NCBI GenBank assembly: GCA_041659685.1
Contig: JBAZXV010000003.1
Span: 2,040 to 66,039, forward strand
Reading direction: 5' to 3'
DNA from: Parcubacteria group bacterium
GTDB lineage: Bacteria > Patescibacteriota > Minisyncoccia > Moranbacterales > UBA11712
Length of the DNA stretch: 64,000 nt
The position numbers and the translations under genes were made by a program. The notes below the pieces were generated by a model that was given only the letters and a program-made list of their open reading frames with translations, was not told where the DNA came from and made no database searches. Shown in pieces: positions 62,301 to 64,000 of the stretch; positions within the stretch are counted from its first letter, which is position 1; each line of letters starts with the position of its first letter.

Positions 62301-64000
62301 ATCGCTCCTTCCGGACAGGGCGACGCGGATTCGAACGATTTGTATTTCTACTGCAACGAGTCCGGAAACCCGACAGCCGCAAGCAATAGCTGTTCCGGTG
62401 GTCCGTATTCTTACGCGAATTACGGCTCAATGGCTTGTAGCTACAATGCGGGCACAGGAGACACAACCCGAACGGTTTATTGCCGCACGTATGACGGGAC
62501 GGACTACAGCGCCGAACAAACCACGACTTATACAGTCGACTCAACCGCGCCTTCGAGCGGGTCAATCACTTATTCGAACGGATTCACCAATTCAGTTTCA
62601 GTAGCACTCACGGCCGCTGACGGCACGGACGGCGGATCCGGACTCGACACCGGATCGAGAACCGTCCAGCGGAAATCAGCCACACTTTCCGACGGAACCT
62701 GCGGCGCTTATGGAAGTTTCGCGACTATTTCGCCAACGGGAACTTATCCAAATTTCACGGACGCAACCGCGCTTTCAGGAAATTGCTACCAATACCAATA
62801 TTTGGTTTCCGACGCGACGGCTAATCAGGCAACCTACATAGAAGCAAGTACTGTGAAAGTTGATACGGCTACCCCGACAACCTCCGATAATTTCACTCAT
62901 AACAACGCGTGGCAGAACAGTGACCAAACAATTGCGCTGTCTCCCGCGGATGCCGCCTCCGGAATAATTTGGACAAAGTATTGCACCGACTCAGGCAACA
63001 CCTGTGACCCGAGCTCCGGCACCAGCTACAGCGGCGCGGCCACCATAAGCGCGGAAGGCACCACTTACTTCCGTTACGCCAGTTATGATAACGCCGGCAA
63101 TACTCAAAACACAGCTTCAAAAACAATAAAAATCGACAAAACCGCGCCTTCCGTTTCCGCCGGCTCCAACCAAACGAAAAATGCCGCCTTCACCCAAAAC
63201 GCCGCTGTTTCCGACTCCGTTTCGGGAGTAGCGAGCTACTTATGGGAAAAAGTAACTGGCCCCGGCACAATAACTTTCGGAACAGCCGCCGCCGAGAACA
63301 CAACTATTTCCGCTTCCATGGGCGGAACCTATGTCATCCGCCTCACCGCTACAGATAACGCTAACAATTCCTCTTCGGACGATTTCACGCTCGCCTGGGA
63401 CACCACTTCGCCAGTGATATCAAGCGTCTCATCAATCCCGTCTTCCACTTCCGCGACCATTACATGGACATCGAACAAAAATTCTTCTTCGCAGGTGGAA
63501 TATGGGCTGGTTTCGGCTTATGGAAACTCAACGACTGAAGCCGACATGGCAACGCGCGTTTCATCCCACTCCGTAAATTTAAGCTCTCTACAATCCTGCG
63601 CGAGATATTTCTATCGCGTGAAATCCAAAGACGCGGCCGGCAATCAGGGCTTTTCAGCCCCGTCGACTTTCAACACTTCAGGATGCGAAACGTCTTCCAT
63701 TTCAGACGGAAACAGTGATCCGGTGGAAGTTTCAGGAGGAACTGTCGCAGTAAACACCAATGCCGGCAGCGCAACCGTCATCGCGCCAAATAATTACACT
63801 TCAGAAACTGCCACGATTCAAGTTAATAAGCTCAATACGGAAAACGCTCCTTCGGCGCCGGCAGGACAAACTCTTATTGGCGACAATTTTTTCAATCTTC
63901 TCGCTGTTTCCGCAAGCGGCTCTGTTATCGCAAGTTTCGCGAATCCAGTCACTTTTTCCGTTTCCTACGGATCTGATGTGGAAAATGCCTACGACGAAAA
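59394..64000 (+). CDS. Very large secreted protein (3' end runs off the window): two DUF1565/beta-helix/choice-of-anchor-Q units, FN3 and Ig-like domains
   Basis: Manual reading: GTG start, signal peptide, GNDTTGDGT.ENPYKT, TDQRG..DIGAYE twice. Absent from the ORF track, presumably because no stop lies in the window. Confidence 0.82.
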   Translation, partial: MHQKKQKKLFLCLFAVLVLFFIFSFGISRASAAMVYVDYSTGNDTTGDGTSENPYKTFHKGFTMANADDILDLAGTFDWTNADETGDAATTGYTINKNLTILGHGPDQTIIQAASSENTAGRRVFTVARDISVSFQGLAIRYGKLTGFNFGGGILAIGAVTMTDCEVYSNRCGGGFGGGILGGGVNDSSDSGSSVANLTIIDSSFHDNIAYYGGGGVSYKSPTSGSGTLTITNSTIASNQRTATTGNTEGAGVNIWYGNAIFTNTTVSKNIAPNGSGNCGYSMNDPLGYITIKNSIVAGNTGSTMEFGYRQAGYGNVTDNGYNIIAGSQSYYTWTGATDWVDTNQDGSFVLYGTATTGQSNFDTSININDNTNNKTKTLALLSGSIAINNGSPDANGSISVPSTDQRGATRNGSVDIGAYEFDGGGLPVDAPATQASGIASSSVYYNNMTVSWTNGNGSRRVVFAKQASSGTASPVDTTRYSPSSVFGSGSQIGSSGWYAVYDGLGTSVTVTNLTGATNYIFQVFEYNGVGTGQAEYLTSTGSGNSLAQASYSPTTLYANSASGNDTTGAGTSGNPYKTFYKTYAMSQPGDTIDLTGTFTWTDADETGDAATTGYTISKDLTIGGHGPNQTIIQSASADNTADRRVFTVSRANTVAFQDLAVRYGRLTSYGYGAGIFAMGTITISDCEIYSNRSAGAFGGGVQGGGCDNASDAGSSVSNVTIVDSSIHDNMAYYGGGGITFKSPVSGSGTLTVTNSTISGNQRTATIGNTEGSGVNIWNGNAVLTNVTISGNSAPNGSGNCGIDINDQLGYITMKNSIIAGNTGTTYEFGYRQAGYGHVIDNGYNIIAGNQYYYTWTGATDWVDTNQDGSFVLYGTATTGQLNRGSFGLNSSLNNTQTYAMLENSITINNGSSSANGSVSVPSTDQRGLVRVGATDIGAYEYGATANTTPSLTSVSDSPDPVKGGGAISIAPSGQGDADSNDLYFYCNESGNPTAASNSCSGGPYSYANYGSMACSYNAGTGDTTRTVYCRTYDGTDYSAEQTTTYTVDSTAPSSGSITYSNGFTNSVSVALTAADGTDGGSGLDTGSRTVQRKSATLSDGTCGAYGSFATISPTGTYPNFTDATALSGNCYQYQYLVSDATANQATYIEASTVKVDTATPTTSDNFTHNNAWQNSDQTIALSPADAASGIIWTKYCTDSGNTCDPSSGTSYSGAATISAEGTTYFRYASYDNAGNTQNTASKTIKIDKTAPSVSAGSNQTKNAAFTQNAAVSDSVSGVASYLWEKVTGPGTITFGTAAAENTTISASMGGTYVIRLTATDNANNSSSDDFTLAWDTTSPVISSVSSIPSSTSATITWTSNKNSSSQVEYGLVSAYGNSTTEADMATRVSSHSVNLSSLQSCARYFYRVKSKDAAGNQGFSAPSTFNTSGCETSSISDGNSDPVEVSGGTVAVNTNAGSATVIAPNNYTSETATIQVNKLNTENAPSAPAGQTLIGDNFFNLLAVSASGSVIASFANPVTFSVSYGSDVENAYDE

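Overview
64 kb of a small-genome bacterium using genetic code 11. The gene style suggests Patescibacteria/CPR, possibly Moranbacteria-like (inference). I saw no rRNA, tRNA, CRISPR array, integrase, transposase or reverse transcriptase. The main feature is about 2.0-22.5 kb, a head-to-tail array of unrelated accessory genes: RsgA, methyltransferase, nuclease, Panacea TA pair, RhuM-Fic, BRO-N, MFS, YqeK, MerR/STAS and orphans. About 15 same-orientation copies of a 24-bp imperfect palindrome (consensus AAAA-TAGAAGCTTCTA-TAGAGGCCTCTA) punctuate it. The palindrome often sits just behind a conserved sigma70-like promoter, sometimes overlaps the stop codon of the upstream gene, and is repeatedly followed by intact or broken copies of a small AbrB-like gene. 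This resembles an integron-like gene-capture array with a non-attC site. A second group of short palindrome families punctuates orphan genes at 32-40 kb and 52 kb. Also present: a C-type-lectin/FGE-domain surface protein with a highly structured 5' leader, two Panacea TA modules, an ECF sigma cluster, ordinary metabolic genes, and two large modular surface proteins that share a C-terminal block.
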